A stretch of 63,559 nucleotides of DNA, filler included, from Gonapodya sp. JEL0774 (lineage: Eukaryota): NCBI GenBank assembly GCA_027604505.1. It is 52 parts of 52 records of this genome, joined end to end, with 100 filler letters (N's around TTAATTAATTAA, not from the genome) between each part and the next. Parts side by side here need not be neighbours in the genome. Positions count along the whole stretch, not along the records: positions 1 to 1,132 come from JADIIX010003793.1; positions 1,233 to 2,364 come from JADIIX010003794.1; positions 2,465 to 3,596 come from JADIIX010003795.1; positions 3,697 to 4,828 come from JADIIX010003796.1; positions 4,929 to 6,059 come from JADIIX010003797.1; positions 6,160 to 7,290 come from JADIIX010003798.1; positions 7,391 to 8,520 come from JADIIX010003799.1; positions 8,621 to 9,750 come from JADIIX010003800.1; 44 more parts are not named here. One strand, written 5' to 3'. Made by a program: the position numbers and the translations under genes. Of the stretch, positions 1 through 13,170 are shown in pieces (the first letter of the stretch is position 1; every line of letters begins with the position of its first letter). The notes beneath the pieces were generated by a model, which was not told the origin of the DNA, did not search any database, and was given only the letters and a program-made list of their open reading frames with translations.

Positions 1-388
1 TTACGGAGCAGCTTCGTCTTGTTTGTATGCCCTTCTTGTCGCAGTAAATTTAGTGCCCACTGGCTGCGTGGTGTGTCTTATGAGTATAAACCGGACTGGC
101 TTCGCCCGGTATATATCTCGATCACCGAAACGATATGTATAACTGTGACTGACCGCATGGATCGATAATCAATATCCCAAGATATTCGTCTGAAACGGTG
201 AGACTGAGGGGTGTGTTGGTCGAGACTAATTATCTACATTTTTACTGGTCTTCATCGTGCATATCCGAGATGAAGAAAGTGTTGAAAACGTTGCGTGCAT
301 TTCGGCTTGACTTGCACTTAGGCCACGAAATGGGTTGAGGGGACGCACCACGCAATCTACGGCAGCTTGGACGTGCCATCAAATCCCA

Positions 389-1132
389 ATGCTATCTCTC
401 TGGTCTGGACTGGGATCGTTTTCTCCATGGACATGGTTTCTGGAGTCAAAAGTGAGTGACTGACGGCTCTTTGCAACTCCATGCACGTACTGGATCCTTC
501 TGTGATTTGCAGCAATCTGCCAACACTCTCCCGGACGAGCTTCTGCTCCTCGTTTTTCTCAATTTACCACCTACCGATATATTATCAGTTGTCCCGCTCG
601 TCTCTCGAAGATGGAACCGTATACAGAGTTCCGTGTTTGGAGAGGGTGGTCGACTGCCAATCGAAGTAGAACTCTTGCTCACACCTCGGCTGATCGAAAA
701 GCCGGCGTCCCGAGACGCATTTTCGATTTGTGTTTCGAAAAAGCAGTTTGGTCGGCGACTGAAACCAGTTGAGCACCCTCGCGGGAGCGGCAAGTTGATT
801 CCTGTTATTGGCTTCATCCAGCTTGAAGTTCCAGCAAACGCCTTCTCTGCTGTTGGCGAGCTCGAGGATGTAGTAGCTTCCTTGACATTGGCCACGTTTT
901 CCACCAATCGGATATTCCTACCCGTGCTCCGCTCTGTCAACATCATCGGGATCAATAGCGATGTCTTTCGAGTCGCAGCTGAGGCACTGACGTTACACCA
1001 GCCGCAACACGTTCGCGCAACATATACTGCTCTTCAAGCATGGCGAACCGGCGGATTGATGCCCGAACGTTCAGTTGCTAATCTTGATCTATGGGTCTTC
1101 CGAAGAACCCCCTCGGAATCGATCACCGAAGA
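389..1132 (+). CDS. F-box domain protein, 3'-truncated (exon 389-451, intron 452-512, exon 513-contig end)
   Basis: F-box motif LPDELLLLVFLNLPPTDILSVVPLVSRRWNRI. A phase-0 GTGAGT...TTGCAG intron joins the ATG at 389 in frame. Confidence 0.75.
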
Positions 1133-1232
1133 NNNNNNNNNNNNNNNNNNNNNNNNNNNNNNNNNNNNNNNNNNNNTTAATTAATTAANNNNNNNNNNNN
1201 NNNNNNNNNNNNNNNNNNNNNNNNNNNNNNNN
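1133..1232. other. Artificial contig-joining linker (44 N + TTAATTAATTAA + 44 N); first of 51 copies separating 52 contigs
   Basis: The same 100-bp spacer recurs about every 1.22-1.23 kb. TTAATTAATTAA puts stops in all six frames. Contig lengths fall monotonically from 1132 to 1117 bp. Confidence 0.99.
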
Positions 1233-2930
1233 ATAGAGAATAAAAGAGTGGAAGTGATGGTAGTGTGGCGAAGTCAGCGGCATGCCTGACAGGCACACAA
1301 GGGACGAGAGAAGGCAGCACGAGCACCATCACTCCGATTGGGCAGAGAGCAACTCGTCTGGACTGGGCAGCTTGGAATCTTCAATGATGGGCCGGAGCGA
1401 GAATCAAGTGAGACAGGATTGAACTTCCCCATCCCACTCTTTAGTTTTGAAGACAGTTTGAGTACGGAATGGTCGCTGAAGCTTTGATTACGGAAGGTCT
1501 CGACCAACGTAGTCACTAGATATTATCTAAATACATGTTAATCGAACTTATTGGATCAACATATGTCTATAATCGTGTCGAAAGCAAGCACTTCCTGTCT
1601 GCAAATTTCGGGGAACGACCAAGAAGGGACCGGGAAGACATGGAAGCCACTAGAGTGCAAGACTTTATGAAATACAGTTTGATTTTGCGAGCGGTGGAAT
1701 TGTACGAGGGAAGTCTGATAATATTATCGCATGTGTGCGTTTGCATATGGGACATGACCCATCACATTCCGGAATTGTCCTTCAAATATGTCCTTGAATG
1801 TGATGGGTTGCTCAAGCTTGCAAAGGCACAAAATGTGATGGATCCCCTGGATTGTACGAACAAGAAAACCAGAAATGTGATGCCCCCCCCCCCCCCGTCC
1901 CTCCACATAACCAACTCCCCACTCCACCTTCCTTTCACATGTGCCATCCACCGCAACCAAATCACACATTTTGACGCTTTGCAGAACGAACAAGAAAAGT
2001 CGAACTATCTCCTACGTGTTGGCAATTTGGAACCAAGGGAACACTGGTCATGACATCGGAAAGTGGAGCCGCAGGGGATTCGTCTGCAAGCGACGATGGC
2101 GATCGGAACGTTGGAACAGGTACGTCATCTTGTTCTTGTATAGCTCTACTCGCTCCTATACTGATCCTGCGCTGACCCTGTGGTTCTGTCACACGTGAAT
2201 CGTGTTGCTGACATCAACCACCTCGAATCAATGAAAGCGTCTGCCCCTCACCACGCGCCAAAGCTTACGGCGCCATCTAAAGTATCTGGACCAAAGGCAT
2301 ACAAGACGCTCATGGAGTACGGAGTGGATGTCTCCCGGTTCTCTCCCGGGAATCGCAATGAATTNNNNNNNNNNNNNNNNNNNNNNNNNNNNNNNNNNNN
2401 NNNNNNNNTTAATTAATTAANNNNNNNNNNNNNNNNNNNNNNNNNNNNNNNNNNNNNNNNNNNNATTCGCCTTAAGTCTACCATTGCAAGTGGCAGCAGC
2501 ACTAATGGGTGAATGATATGGTGAGAATCATCTGATGAGGGTGATCAGCGTCTGTCGTGTGTGATCATAGGTACTTCCGGTAATGCATACGGAAGTGAAT
2601 CTGGATTCTCATGGAGCGTCCGCACTGTGGGGGATGATATTGATACGGCATTAGAATTTATGGCCACATTTTAACGAATGCAATACAAATACAGTGAAAA
2701 ATTTGCCCAACTCGGCGTGTACTCTTTGAAACGGTTCCTTAATCGTGAAAAGTTTGGACATCTCGATAAACTACAAATTGGTACAGAACTAACGCCGCGT
2801 CCTACAAAGAGGTCATACAGATATCTCGGATAAAAGTGTGAACATAAATCCAAGAAAGAAAACTATATTTCTGGCCATTGGCCAAGTAACTTGTTCGCCG
2901 GTGCAAGGCGCGCATACATCAGGAAACCAA

Positions 2931-3095
2931 CAACCGCATTCAACCGCATTCAACCGCAGTTGAACGCTTCACCGCCAAGATTGGTATGTACGTTTCTTCT
3001 ACTGTGGTTGAATGCAGTTCACTGCTTCAGTTGAACAGTTCACCACCGGTTGAACGTGGTTCACCACCAAATAAGTACACTTCACCGCCGTTTAC
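2931..3095. repeat. Cluster of short direct and inverted repeats (CAACCGCATT x3, inverted GGTTGAATGC, several TTCACCRCC)
   Basis: 10-bp tandem at 2931-2960, an inverted degenerate copy near 3004-3019, and repeated TTCACC/GTTGAA units. Confidence 0.7.
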
Positions 3096-6000
3096 CAATC
3101 CCAAGTTATTTCACTGTGGTCCCGCCCAGTGATTTGAACACCATGCATTGAATGGAGATTTTAATGTAGACCTTCAATAATATTACATCCCTCTACAATC
3201 CATTATTTTCAAGTCATGGCTACACTATGAGGGTATCGCAGAGCTTAAACACATGAAAAGATCAGAAAACACTCACCTTTGAGCTTGCGTTGGAGGGAAA
3301 GTCGGAACTCCGAACTCACAACGAGGGGACGTGGGGTCTTGTGATTGGAGAAGATTGGGGAGCATTGGACATCTGAAGAGTAAGATGGCAAAGTGGTGAG
3401 AGAACTAAGAAAATAATTCAAAGTGAAAGGGAACTGAACAAATATTAAGTCCGTGACTAGTTACTGCCCAAACAGTGGGGCAGACCCATAGATCACCATC
3501 AGATCACCATCAATACTGATTTTCTGACTGCTCCCCTTTGCACATATATGTATTTGAGTGTTGGGAATTCGGATTTGTAATTTGTATTGATGTGGGNNNN
3601 NNNNNNNNNNNNNNNNNNNNNNNNNNNNNNNNNNNNNNNNTTAATTAATTAANNNNNNNNNNNNNNNNNNNNNNNNNNNNNNNNNNNNNNNNNNNNGCAG
3701 TGTCGCTTCCACTGCCGATATGCAACATCCCGACAAAACCTCCGAACTCGAACAGCCCCTTGCGAGTGGCCAACCAGCTTCTGATGGTGGATCCAAAGGT
3801 ATACCGAATCAAAATGCAGCTTCTCCCACCAGTTATATCAGTGCAATACTGGAATCGCAACGAAGGTTCGGGCATGCTGGCGCAGAACCGTTACCTTTGC
3901 AGAGCGCTGGCACTACTTCTACTGCCACCATTGCACAGGTTTTGACCTTACCATCGGAGGCCACGGAAACGCGGGGTGTAAACGTCATCCTCGTAGAAGA
4001 TTCATCTAACACTGTGGTGCAAGACCTAGCTTTCTTGGACCATTGCCATGTGGGCTTGTCGCCGATGTCTTTTGCCAAGGAACCCGAGCCCGGACGGCAG
4101 CAACGTCCGTCTAATATTCGCACTCTGGAATGTGACATGCCCCAGAGGCCAAATGCCTCTGGATCCACACCGAATGCTACTTGCTATCTAGCTGAAGGGA
4201 CTATCACGGATCCCGCTGAGAGCTCGATGGAAACTCTTGGCGGGGACTTGCCGGAGACCGCAAAGACGTCTCTGACAAGCATCGTGCCTCTCAAGGATCC
4301 GAGCAGCGACAGTAAAGCAAAAATTCAAAGACGTGTTTGGTGGCTGGAAGAAGATGATGGTGAACAGCAAGAGGGTGTTGAAGTCCTTGCCGACCGGACA
4401 ACATTCGTGACGGGCTACTCCGATCAACGCGCAGCTTTCCGTTGCTGCAGGCAGGGAATGACCGAACATCGCGAACATATTGCAAATCCGTCGGATGAGC
4501 GGTGAGTTTTCTTCTCCCTGACGTAATTGAGCTCGACGAGTCCAATTATTCACAGTCCTACCATTGCTCCAGGTCAACACCAGTATCCATACCCAAGAAG
4601 AGTGCCTCGAAGCGCATCAAGGATCTATTGCGATCTCTCAGTCAGGCCACTCAATCCCTCTTTTTCAGAAGCACGCAAGGCGGACGCGAGCCGAGGCAGT
4701 TGTAGCTTCGTCCACCACATGATTGCGATATACATTATGTATGAAAAAGACCATTTGACACTCGGCTCTGGAATCGTTTCCCATGCCATGTAGATTCCCG
4801 TTAAGGCTCCGCTCCCGCAGGTGATGTGNNNNNNNNNNNNNNNNNNNNNNNNNNNNNNNNNNNNNNNNNNNNTTAATTAATTAANNNNNNNNNNNNNNNN
4901 NNNNNNNNNNNNNNNNNNNNNNNNNNNNGAAGGGATTTGCGGTGGGTGCGGTTGCTGACCTGGAACGGGTGCGGACTGGCAAGGACGGCAGGAGTGGATA
5001 CGAGTCCTCGAGACCGGGAGAAGACATTGAATTTGTCCCCACTGAGCGCAACTCGAGTTTGCGGTTGGGGTCGCTGAAGGGTGAGAAGGACCTACCTCCG
5101 TTAGCGGCCCCTACTGGTGATCGAAGCTGGGGTGACGACTTGACACAAAAGTTGGGAGAGGTGCGAGCTGAAGATCGATCTCAAGCACGAGCTGATAGGC
5201 AGGCGCGTTACACTCGCAGTATCAGCCAACGTCGAAGTATGGTGCGAGGTGTTTCGCCTCCGAACCTGAGAATCCGAACGGACTTTTCCAGTCCCGCCTC
5301 GGAGGACGTCCGCGGTCGGAACAATGCTCCTCCACCTCGCGTATTGGGAATCTCTCAGAAAGGTGACAACGCCGAGGGGCGGCGTCCCGGCCGAGGAGAG
5401 GCGCGCAAGAATGACCCGAGGAGTGTGCCCGACCGTGCAAACACCAGTGGAGCTTTGACTGGGTCCGGTGCTTTGAACACCGGAAGTGGGTCTCGGTCAC
5501 GGAGTCAATCCCGAGGTGGCTGGGGGAGCAAGGTGTTCGGTAGCATCGGACGAAGTATCACTAGGCTCGGGAGCAGTCCCAAAGTTGATACGAGCCCCAA
5601 AGGTTCTGGGAGCTTTAGGAGTCTACGCAGCAACGATGGGAAGGGCAATGCCGTCGGTGCTGGGAGGTCCGGCGAGTAAGCTCCGGTGACAGCTGGACTG
5701 CCTCCGTGGCCCTTTTATTCTCTGTCATTATAGATGATTTTACCTGTATAACGTAATGTTCAATCACAATTGCATGTTCTTGTCATCGTTTACCGTGCGG
5801 TGGATCTTTGATTCGCTAAATTACATGTGATCTTTCCCATCACTGAAACTGGACGTACACGTCGACGACTCCACCCCGCAGAAACATCGCCTTCAAGGTG
5901 AGTAGGGATCATTTCAGTGAGTATTGAAGGTCTCAACATTTCAGCTCTACATTTTCGTCCACTTTTGATCCCCGAATGACGTCACTTCAATCCTTCTTTC

Positions 6001-6779
6001 GCACGGTTGAAAGCCTATTCGCGAGTACTGTCTTCATCGCCCTTGAATGGTGTAGAGAANNNNNNNNNNNNNNNNNNNNNNNNNNNNNNNNNNNNNNNNN
6101 NNNTTAATTAATTAANNNNNNNNNNNNNNNNNNNNNNNNNNNNNNNNNNNNNNNNNNNNTCAGCTTTCTGTGGAAGCTCAGCCCGACATTATCGGATCCA
6201 TTCAATGTCAGAATTTTTCTGTCGTCAGGCCGGAACGAGTACTACATTCTATCCGAAGGCAACTTCCTCTCGGTTGGCAGCGGGTACGCAGGTTTTAGGG
6301 CGTCTTTCTTTGACAGCTTCCCTCTCTGATCCTTGTAACTGTGATTCCTCTTTGCAGAGAGGGCAAGTACGGGCTCTACCTTGACGCTTTCTTGGATCGA
6401 GGTCACTCGGAGCCGTGCTTGACGTTTGAGAACGAGGTTTTGGCCGGTGCAGAAGAGTTCAACTGTGTTGGATGTGAACTTTGGGGATTCAAGTTGTGAA
6501 AAACTGTGACGAATCTGCACTCTATACGGGATGGAAGTTTGATTTTGTGAATACTGCATTGCATACTTGCCGCGCTAGACAGTAGCTTAACTACTGAAAT
6601 TGTTCGCATTTGCTGAAAAATCCTGTAGTACCCAGTCAGTTGGTAGTTGGGCGTTGCTGTGGTCTTCGCCTGGACTCATCTTTGATCGAGCAGATCACTG
6701 ATAGCGCATTCTTCTCACCAATCGCCATCGATCGCACCAAATTCAATCACAAACAACCAATCACCTATACAAGATCAGT

Positions 6780-7290
6780 ATGTCCACCAACTGGAAGGAA
6801 CGCATTCTGCAATCAGGACATCTCGTCATAAAGGTGACTGAGCTCGCGCTTTACCATTGGAGTCGGTGATTCGGAATAAACGAACAGCAAACTCCTCGTT
6901 TCAGAATATTCTTATTGCAATCAATTTCATGACCCTCCTTGCTGGCATCACCATGATTTCTGTGGGTTGTGCAAGTCGTCAGGCACAGGGGGAACATCCG
7001 TTGTAGTGAAACCAGATCCGAATCGTCCCTCCATCATCGCGGACCAGGTTGGCGCCTATCTACAAACCAACCAGCAGTCTGCCTTCCCGGACAACCTTTC
7101 CTCCCTCCCAGGTGGTGCCATCTTCGTCGGCGTGGTTGTGACCTTCGTTTCGTTCTTGGGATGTTTCGGTGCAGCGAACGAGAAATCTGTGGTGCTCAAA
7201 TCCTACTTTGCCATAGTAATCGTGATGATCATACTGCAGTTCGTGATCGGTGGGGTCGCGTATTCGAAGAAGGGAGATGTGCCCAAGGCA
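6780..7290 (+). CDS. Tetraspanin family protein, 3'-truncated (exons 6780-6833, 6905-6961, 7048-contig end)
   Basis: The spliced product gives TM1 (KNILIAINFMTLLAGITMISVGAY) and the TM2-TM3 signature GAIFVGVVVTFVSFLGCFGAANEKSVVLKSYFAIVIVMIILQFVIGG. Both GT-AG introns are phase 0. Confidence 0.88.
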
Positions 7291-7390
7291 NNNNNNNNNN
7301 NNNNNNNNNNNNNNNNNNNNNNNNNNNNNNNNNNTTAATTAATTAANNNNNNNNNNNNNNNNNNNNNNNNNNNNNNNNNNNNNNNNNNNN

Positions 7391-8407
7391 TCCCCGCCGG
7401 ACAAGACCCCACCGGGGCGCAGCTGGGGGCCATCATCGTCCGATGCCTCGGGGGTGGCGATGTTGAGGGCTCGTGCAGACGGGGTGCGTGTATTGGCATC
7501 GTCCTCTATGCTGGAATTTGATGCCTGCGAGCTGGCAGTGGTCCAGCCATGGCGCATGAGGCGACGGCGCTCACGAGTTGCTTCGACTTCTTCTTCAAGG
7601 CGTTCCAATGGGCTTGACATAGAGCGGGTCCTGCGACCCCGAGCTTCAGCCTCACGGAGCTCCGCCTGGATTTGGGCCAACTCGACCTGTTGTCGGAGGC
7701 GACGTACTTCGTTTGCATGTTCCTCCTCTGTGCGAAGTGGCATTTGCGCTAAGACAGAGACAGGAGAGCAGAACGGAAAAGGGGGGTGTCACCAGAGGTG
7801 TTGACAATCGAGACAGCAGGCAACCCTCCATGCTGGGGGGCCTGGCCGTCTGTCCCCAGTCTGGCGCTGTCTGGCGCAGATGTTGTGTCACCAGCGAGAA
7901 GTGTCGCTGCTTCTGTAACCCAGGAGTGACCCGCCCGGCAGTTTCTCTCAGACCTCTCTGAGGAGTCTACACCGTGGCTGTCGTCAAACCTCTGCTGCTA
8001 TCATCGTGGGTCTTACTCTGCGAAGAGCATCGTACCTCACGGATGACCTGTCTGTCATCGGCAGACACCGTCCACTGGCTTCAGCCCCCACGTAGCGCAG
8101 GGTGTGCCTGCTCACCTTGATTCACAGCAGTAGCGCCAGAGGCAAGTGAATCTGTCATCGTAAATGATGTGTAGGTGTGACGGTTGGACTTCCAGAGAAG
8201 ATGGAAGTCGATCGGGAATGCCTGAAAGGGTGTATGGTAGGCGAAAAAACAGCCGTGTCTTGTAACCCCATCCGGAACGTCCGCGACGCATGCCCGCAGG
8301 TGGGATTAGCATCGGAGCATCTCGAATCACGAGTGCCAGGTGACGTCCAGATGTATCGGGGCGGGGAGACGTGGCATGTTTGCCGAGTGGGGAGTCTTGA
8401 TTCGACA
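7391..8407 (-). mobile_element. Putative 5' end of an LTR retrotransposon: about 610-bp LTR (7799-8407), PBS-like TGGTGACACCCC (7781-7794) and start of a gag-like ORF (ATG at 7743)
   Basis: The minus strand reads TGTCGA...TCAACA (5/6 terminal inverted match), then CCTC-TGGTGACACCCCCC. An intronless charged ORF (MPLRTEEEHANEVRRLRQQVELAQ...) starts about 40 nt later. No diagnostic protein domain is visible. Confidence 0.4.
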
Positions 8408-9850
8408 CACCACATATTTCTTGCGTGCACGGTTCACATACATTTTACGTAGCTAGCTTTTGTAGTAGCCATGTTTTAGGGGAGACGTAAAATGCATACC
8501 GAGTTGGCACGGCAGAGTCGNNNNNNNNNNNNNNNNNNNNNNNNNNNNNNNNNNNNNNNNNNNNTTAATTAATTAANNNNNNNNNNNNNNNNNNNNNNNN
8601 NNNNNNNNNNNNNNNNNNNNACACGTCAGGTATGAAGCGGGGGGCATTGGGCCGCCAAGCGGTCCCTTTGGGGAACAGCGACTGAAAGTTCATCCGGTCC
8701 ATGACAACAGGCTCTTGAATCCGGATTGAATGCACAGAAGCACGATAAGCGTAAGTCCTCCATCTCGCATGTAGTGTCAGAGCGAAGCATCACGTGGGTG
8801 ACGATCGAACCTTCTCATCCCTGCGGCATGGTGGGCAAAACTCAGGGGGCTCCTCACTGCCGCTGTTGGTTTAAACATCTTGTCACATATCATACATACA
8901 GACTCGCTCACAATAAACAGCATGACTTTTGAACCTGAATGCACGTTCGCATTTCATCCAGTTGCGGTATCGTGGATAATCCCTAACTGAACAAAATGTT
9001 CAGCCGAAACAAGATGTCTCCCATAGTGATTTAAGATACAGGAATGAACTCGCTGCTCTGACGTGTGTTACTTCACCATTCATCGCAGAGCAATCAGACC
9101 TATTCCAGCTTGTGCTGGGCCCCGTACACGAGCATAAGAGGTAGACTTTCTAACGTTAACGGTACAGCTGGGAAACCTCCCGCAGCTTCTCAAATGCATG
9201 AACTGAAAGGATATAGTTTTTTTTGCTGAATCCTACGTCCATCACTCCACTAGTTTCGCTCACCGTTTCCCCCGGCGAAAGGAGCTGGTGATCATCAAAT
9301 GAAGCCACAGCGGACGGCTCATCTTCAGGCAACACAATGCAAGTGCTCTCTGCCTGAGTTGGCAAGAAAACTTCGGTGGGCTGAGTCACAGCTTGGAAAA
9401 ATTCAGTAAAACAGTGCACGGTAGGAACTCATCGCGATACCGATCACGGATCAGGGTTTCAATCGCATGAAAGTATCTCCACCACGGGCTATGACAAACT
9501 GTAATGACGAGGACCTTCTAGTTTATGCCAACTAGTATGAGATCCTGATGTGATTGACACTCACATTCAGCTCAACCGGTACAACGGGAACGGCGGGGAA
9601 TGCAGAGTCCTCTCTCCGCGTTTGCTCCAAGTGATGAACTACAAAAAGAAATCTGCTGGTCCATTTCGAATTGCGCTGCTTGGACATGGCGATAGACTTG
9701 GCAGCACGTGCACAGTCGGTCATTCTCATGCAGATTGAATTGACAAGGTTNNNNNNNNNNNNNNNNNNNNNNNNNNNNNNNNNNNNNNNNNNNNTTAATT
9801 AATTAANNNNNNNNNNNNNNNNNNNNNNNNNNNNNNNNNNNNNNNNNNNN

Positions 9851-10979
9851 CAAAATTGGTCGTGACCAATTTGGTCCAGCGGACCGTGCACGCGCAAAAC
9901 TCGGTCCATGACAAGTGTGCCCATCATCGCTTTATACCATGTGGTTTGGCTTGTCGTCATCGGGTCCAAACTTCGTGTCAATTTCATGAGACTCGTCACA
10001 CCACTCATGTCTCTATGGTCCCATCAAACTCTCTCGAAATCTGTCCGTGGTCGCTCAGCGAGGATGTTGTTCTTGTGCAGGATAGTTCTGGCGGTGTGCG
10101 GAATGGCCTTTTGGATCGCCTCAGGCTTACTGATATTCCTCGTCAAACCGGAAATGTGGGTAGTTGGGTACAGCTTGGATCGCACTCTGGATTTCATGGA
10201 ACTTGATCTTGAACTGGTCCCAGGTGAGTGATCTTCGGGTACTTGTGATGGCAATATACAACTCACCATGCACCTAACTTTCCTCTTGCTGGTAGAGCTC
10301 CCCACTTCGCAAACGCACAGAAAAGGCTTGACTGATCGTTCGATGCCGCTTGATCCTCCGATTGCACTCTCTTCTGGGCTTCGTATTCACTGCTCCCCTG
10401 CGGACTTGAGTTTCTTTGTGTTCGACGAACAGTTCGCGCACTCTTTGGTTATCTCTGCCGAGTTGGATGACATGAACATTACTGAGTTTGGTGGCTACTG
10501 CCCAGAAACCGATCGTTCGGAGTTCTCTGCGTTCCCTCGGGTTATTCATACCACACAATCGTCAGAGCGTGTCGACTTAAATTCTCCAGGATTCGCATTC
10601 CATTGGGCAATAATGAATCCTTGGCACCATTTTGTGGCGTGGTCGGATGAGACTCTCCATGATTTTGTCGAAATGTGTGTTCCTTCATTACTGGACGTAT
10701 ATGAGAGCGCTCCACTAGACGTGATGAGGTATGACCTTGCTCGCTATCTCCTACTGCTGGTTTTTGGAGGCGTGTGGGCAGATTGGGACGTGATGCCGCT
10801 TCGAGAGATAGATGATTGGGTACGGGGTGTCGCTCGACTGACGGACAGCTCTCCAATCCGACCTCACGAGGTTCGATTGGTGGTTGGAATCGAAAACGAC
10901 TCTCATAAGTGGAAAGACTGGTGGCGGCACTATCCGCGTGAGCTTGGTGTAGCCCAATGGACCATGGCGGTACGACCAC
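9851..10979 (+). CDS. GT32 glycosyltransferase, Och1/Hoc1-like alpha-1,6-mannosyltransferase (partial)
   Basis: Motifs FPRVIHTT, NPWHHFVAWSD, MRYDLARYLLLLVFGGVWADWDV (DxD), LVVGIE and QWTMA are typical of the Och1 family. An upstream exon with a TM-like segment ends at a GTGAGT near 10224. Confidence 0.85.
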
Positions 10980-12307
10980 NNNNNNNNNNNNNNNNNNNNN
11001 NNNNNNNNNNNNNNNNNNNNNNNTTAATTAATTAANNNNNNNNNNNNNNNNNNNNNNNNNNNNNNNNNNNNNNNNNNNNGACGTGTCCTCGCGTTCCTTT
11101 CACGCAATGGTGGGACATCCAAAGTCACAACTACAACGTGACATGGAATCAGCTGCTGCATGAGGATGGTGGGTGCTGAGTCACCGTCCACATCCAAGGT
11201 TGACACTCGTTTCACACTTCCTACACCAGGGAGTTTAGAGATATGAGTGAGCACCTCGGTGTCATGCGCCTCGCCTTCAAATGCAAAGCAGATAGTGTCA
11301 CGACTGTGATCTTTCTGCGAGAGAGGTGTTTCTTGAGCTGGCGAGTGAACTGAGTGCAACGCCTTCCCTCTCCCCATTCGTTCGATCGCCCAATCGTACG
11401 CAACACGAGTGTCATTGTAAAAATTATACCGGGGTGGGCGATGCCGAAAGTTGTGGGAGTGGTCGAATTCCGCAATTGCTGGATGAAAGCCAACAACCAC
11501 ATTCCGCAATGCGTAGAGACCGCTTTCCTGAAGACCAGCGTGGTCTTGAGCCAAGATGTCAAAATTTATCGCCTGCATGTAATCTTGAACGGAGCCTAAG
11601 GGCTCGTCCAGGTTGAGTAATCGTGCTCGAGGAAGAGTTTCACTACTGGGTGAAACAAGTGGGGTAAGCCTTATGACTGAAAAGGCAGCAGATATCCAAC
11701 AAAAGAGAAGTTCAATTGAGCTAAAGCCACCACCACGGTGCCATGAGTGACTGAATGCGACTGGCAGCATCTGACTCTGAGACGTTGGTATTGCATCACC
11801 CGTTGCTGAGCGTGGCGGTTTCTCACCGACGTGGATGACAAGAACCCCCAGGCGAACTCCCACCGTTGCATGTGACGTTTGTGAAAAGTCCCACCCAAGC
11901 AGCAGAGGTACCCGTCGGGGTTGGGCCTCCACTTGGTGCTCGGGATTGTATGCACCTCCCTCTGGAGGGAGAAAAACGTGAAAAGTATGGGGATGCACCC
12001 CACGATTGGTATGAACCGAGAACATTGGTCTGACAAAAGTCAAAGAAACGTGGCAGGCGAATGCAAACATCGACAAGTCTTCCTCGGTCCTCCCACTTGT
12101 TCCTTCCGCGCTCGTGATCGCTTTCCCCTCACACCTGAGCGCTGTAAAGCCTGCCTCAAGCTCCTCCGCAGTCGCTTCACGCGTAGTACAGAGCGAATGA
12201 GTTCCTGNNNNNNNNNNNNNNNNNNNNNNNNNNNNNNNNNNNNNNNNNNNNTTAATTAATTAANNNNNNNNNNNNNNNNNNNNNNNNNNNNNNNNNNNNN
12301 NNNNNNN

Positions 12308-13170
12308 GACATCAACTGCATTCCTCCTGACGTGAACCCTTTCTTCGAGCCTCTGGTGCCATGCATTCTGGTCAGTTCGACGCCATTAGGCATCGCAAAC
12401 TCATCCGACACAAGTGTGTCCGAAGCAGATTGACCGATCCCGTGAGCGGTGGGGGGGAAGGTACTAGGAGTACCCGCCCGGAGACCCTCCGCGAAAGCAA
12501 TTTGCGCGAGCACGTCGCCGTCGAGTGATGGACTTCGCCAGTGCGCCGCTCCGGGTGACATTACTCGAGTCCGTACGGCCGCTGCATCTGGCGTCTCCAT
12601 CCTCGTGAAGTTGTGCGTTTCGGGAACGGGGCTCCTGAATCCGAGACCCGACGAGCTCCTCACCGCCGCTCCGATGCTCGACATCTCGTGCTCGGAAAAC
12701 GGCGAGGCTCTGCCGAGCATAGACTGGAGATCATCTGGTGTCTCTCGTACGAGCCTGAAGGGATAGTCTCGATGCTCCAGAGATTCTATCAATGGATTTC
12801 GAGGAAGTTCCCCGTTCTGCTGCCTCCTGATGTCTCGCCTTTTCAGCTCCCGACCCCATACAGTCATGCCCAGCAAGTACAGCAAGACAATACCACCAGA
12901 GGCAAGCAAGACTCGATTTTGGACCAGCCAGACAGTGGTGTCACTCGGGCCTGGATTGACATTGGGAGGTGGAACGTTTTGCGTGGAGGATTCTGAGGCA
13001 GAAGGGAGGGGAGATACCGAAGCAGGAAGCGAAGTAGAAAATGAAGCGGCAGCAGCAGCCGAGGTCGGTGAGAAGGTAGGAGATGCGTCGGCCGAAGAGG
13101 TGGGAGATGTGACTAGGAGACGTTGGGGAGGAGACATACAGTTGAGACCCAAAGTCAAGGAGCGGGGCAC
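12308..13170 (-). CDS. Hypothetical single-pass membrane protein (Ser/Thr-rich stalk, TM, cytoplasmic tail; partial)
   Basis: Long ORF with an S/T/P-rich region, hydrophobic VLLASGGIVLLYLLGMTVW, then basic RELKRRDIRR. Confidence 0.5.

Noticed and set aside
8621..9750. Cys/His clusters on the minus strand (CTCCQVYRH, CSCTG) suggesting a SWIM/CxC transposase relic
   Set aside because: The fragments are short with no catalytic motifs, so no family can be supported.
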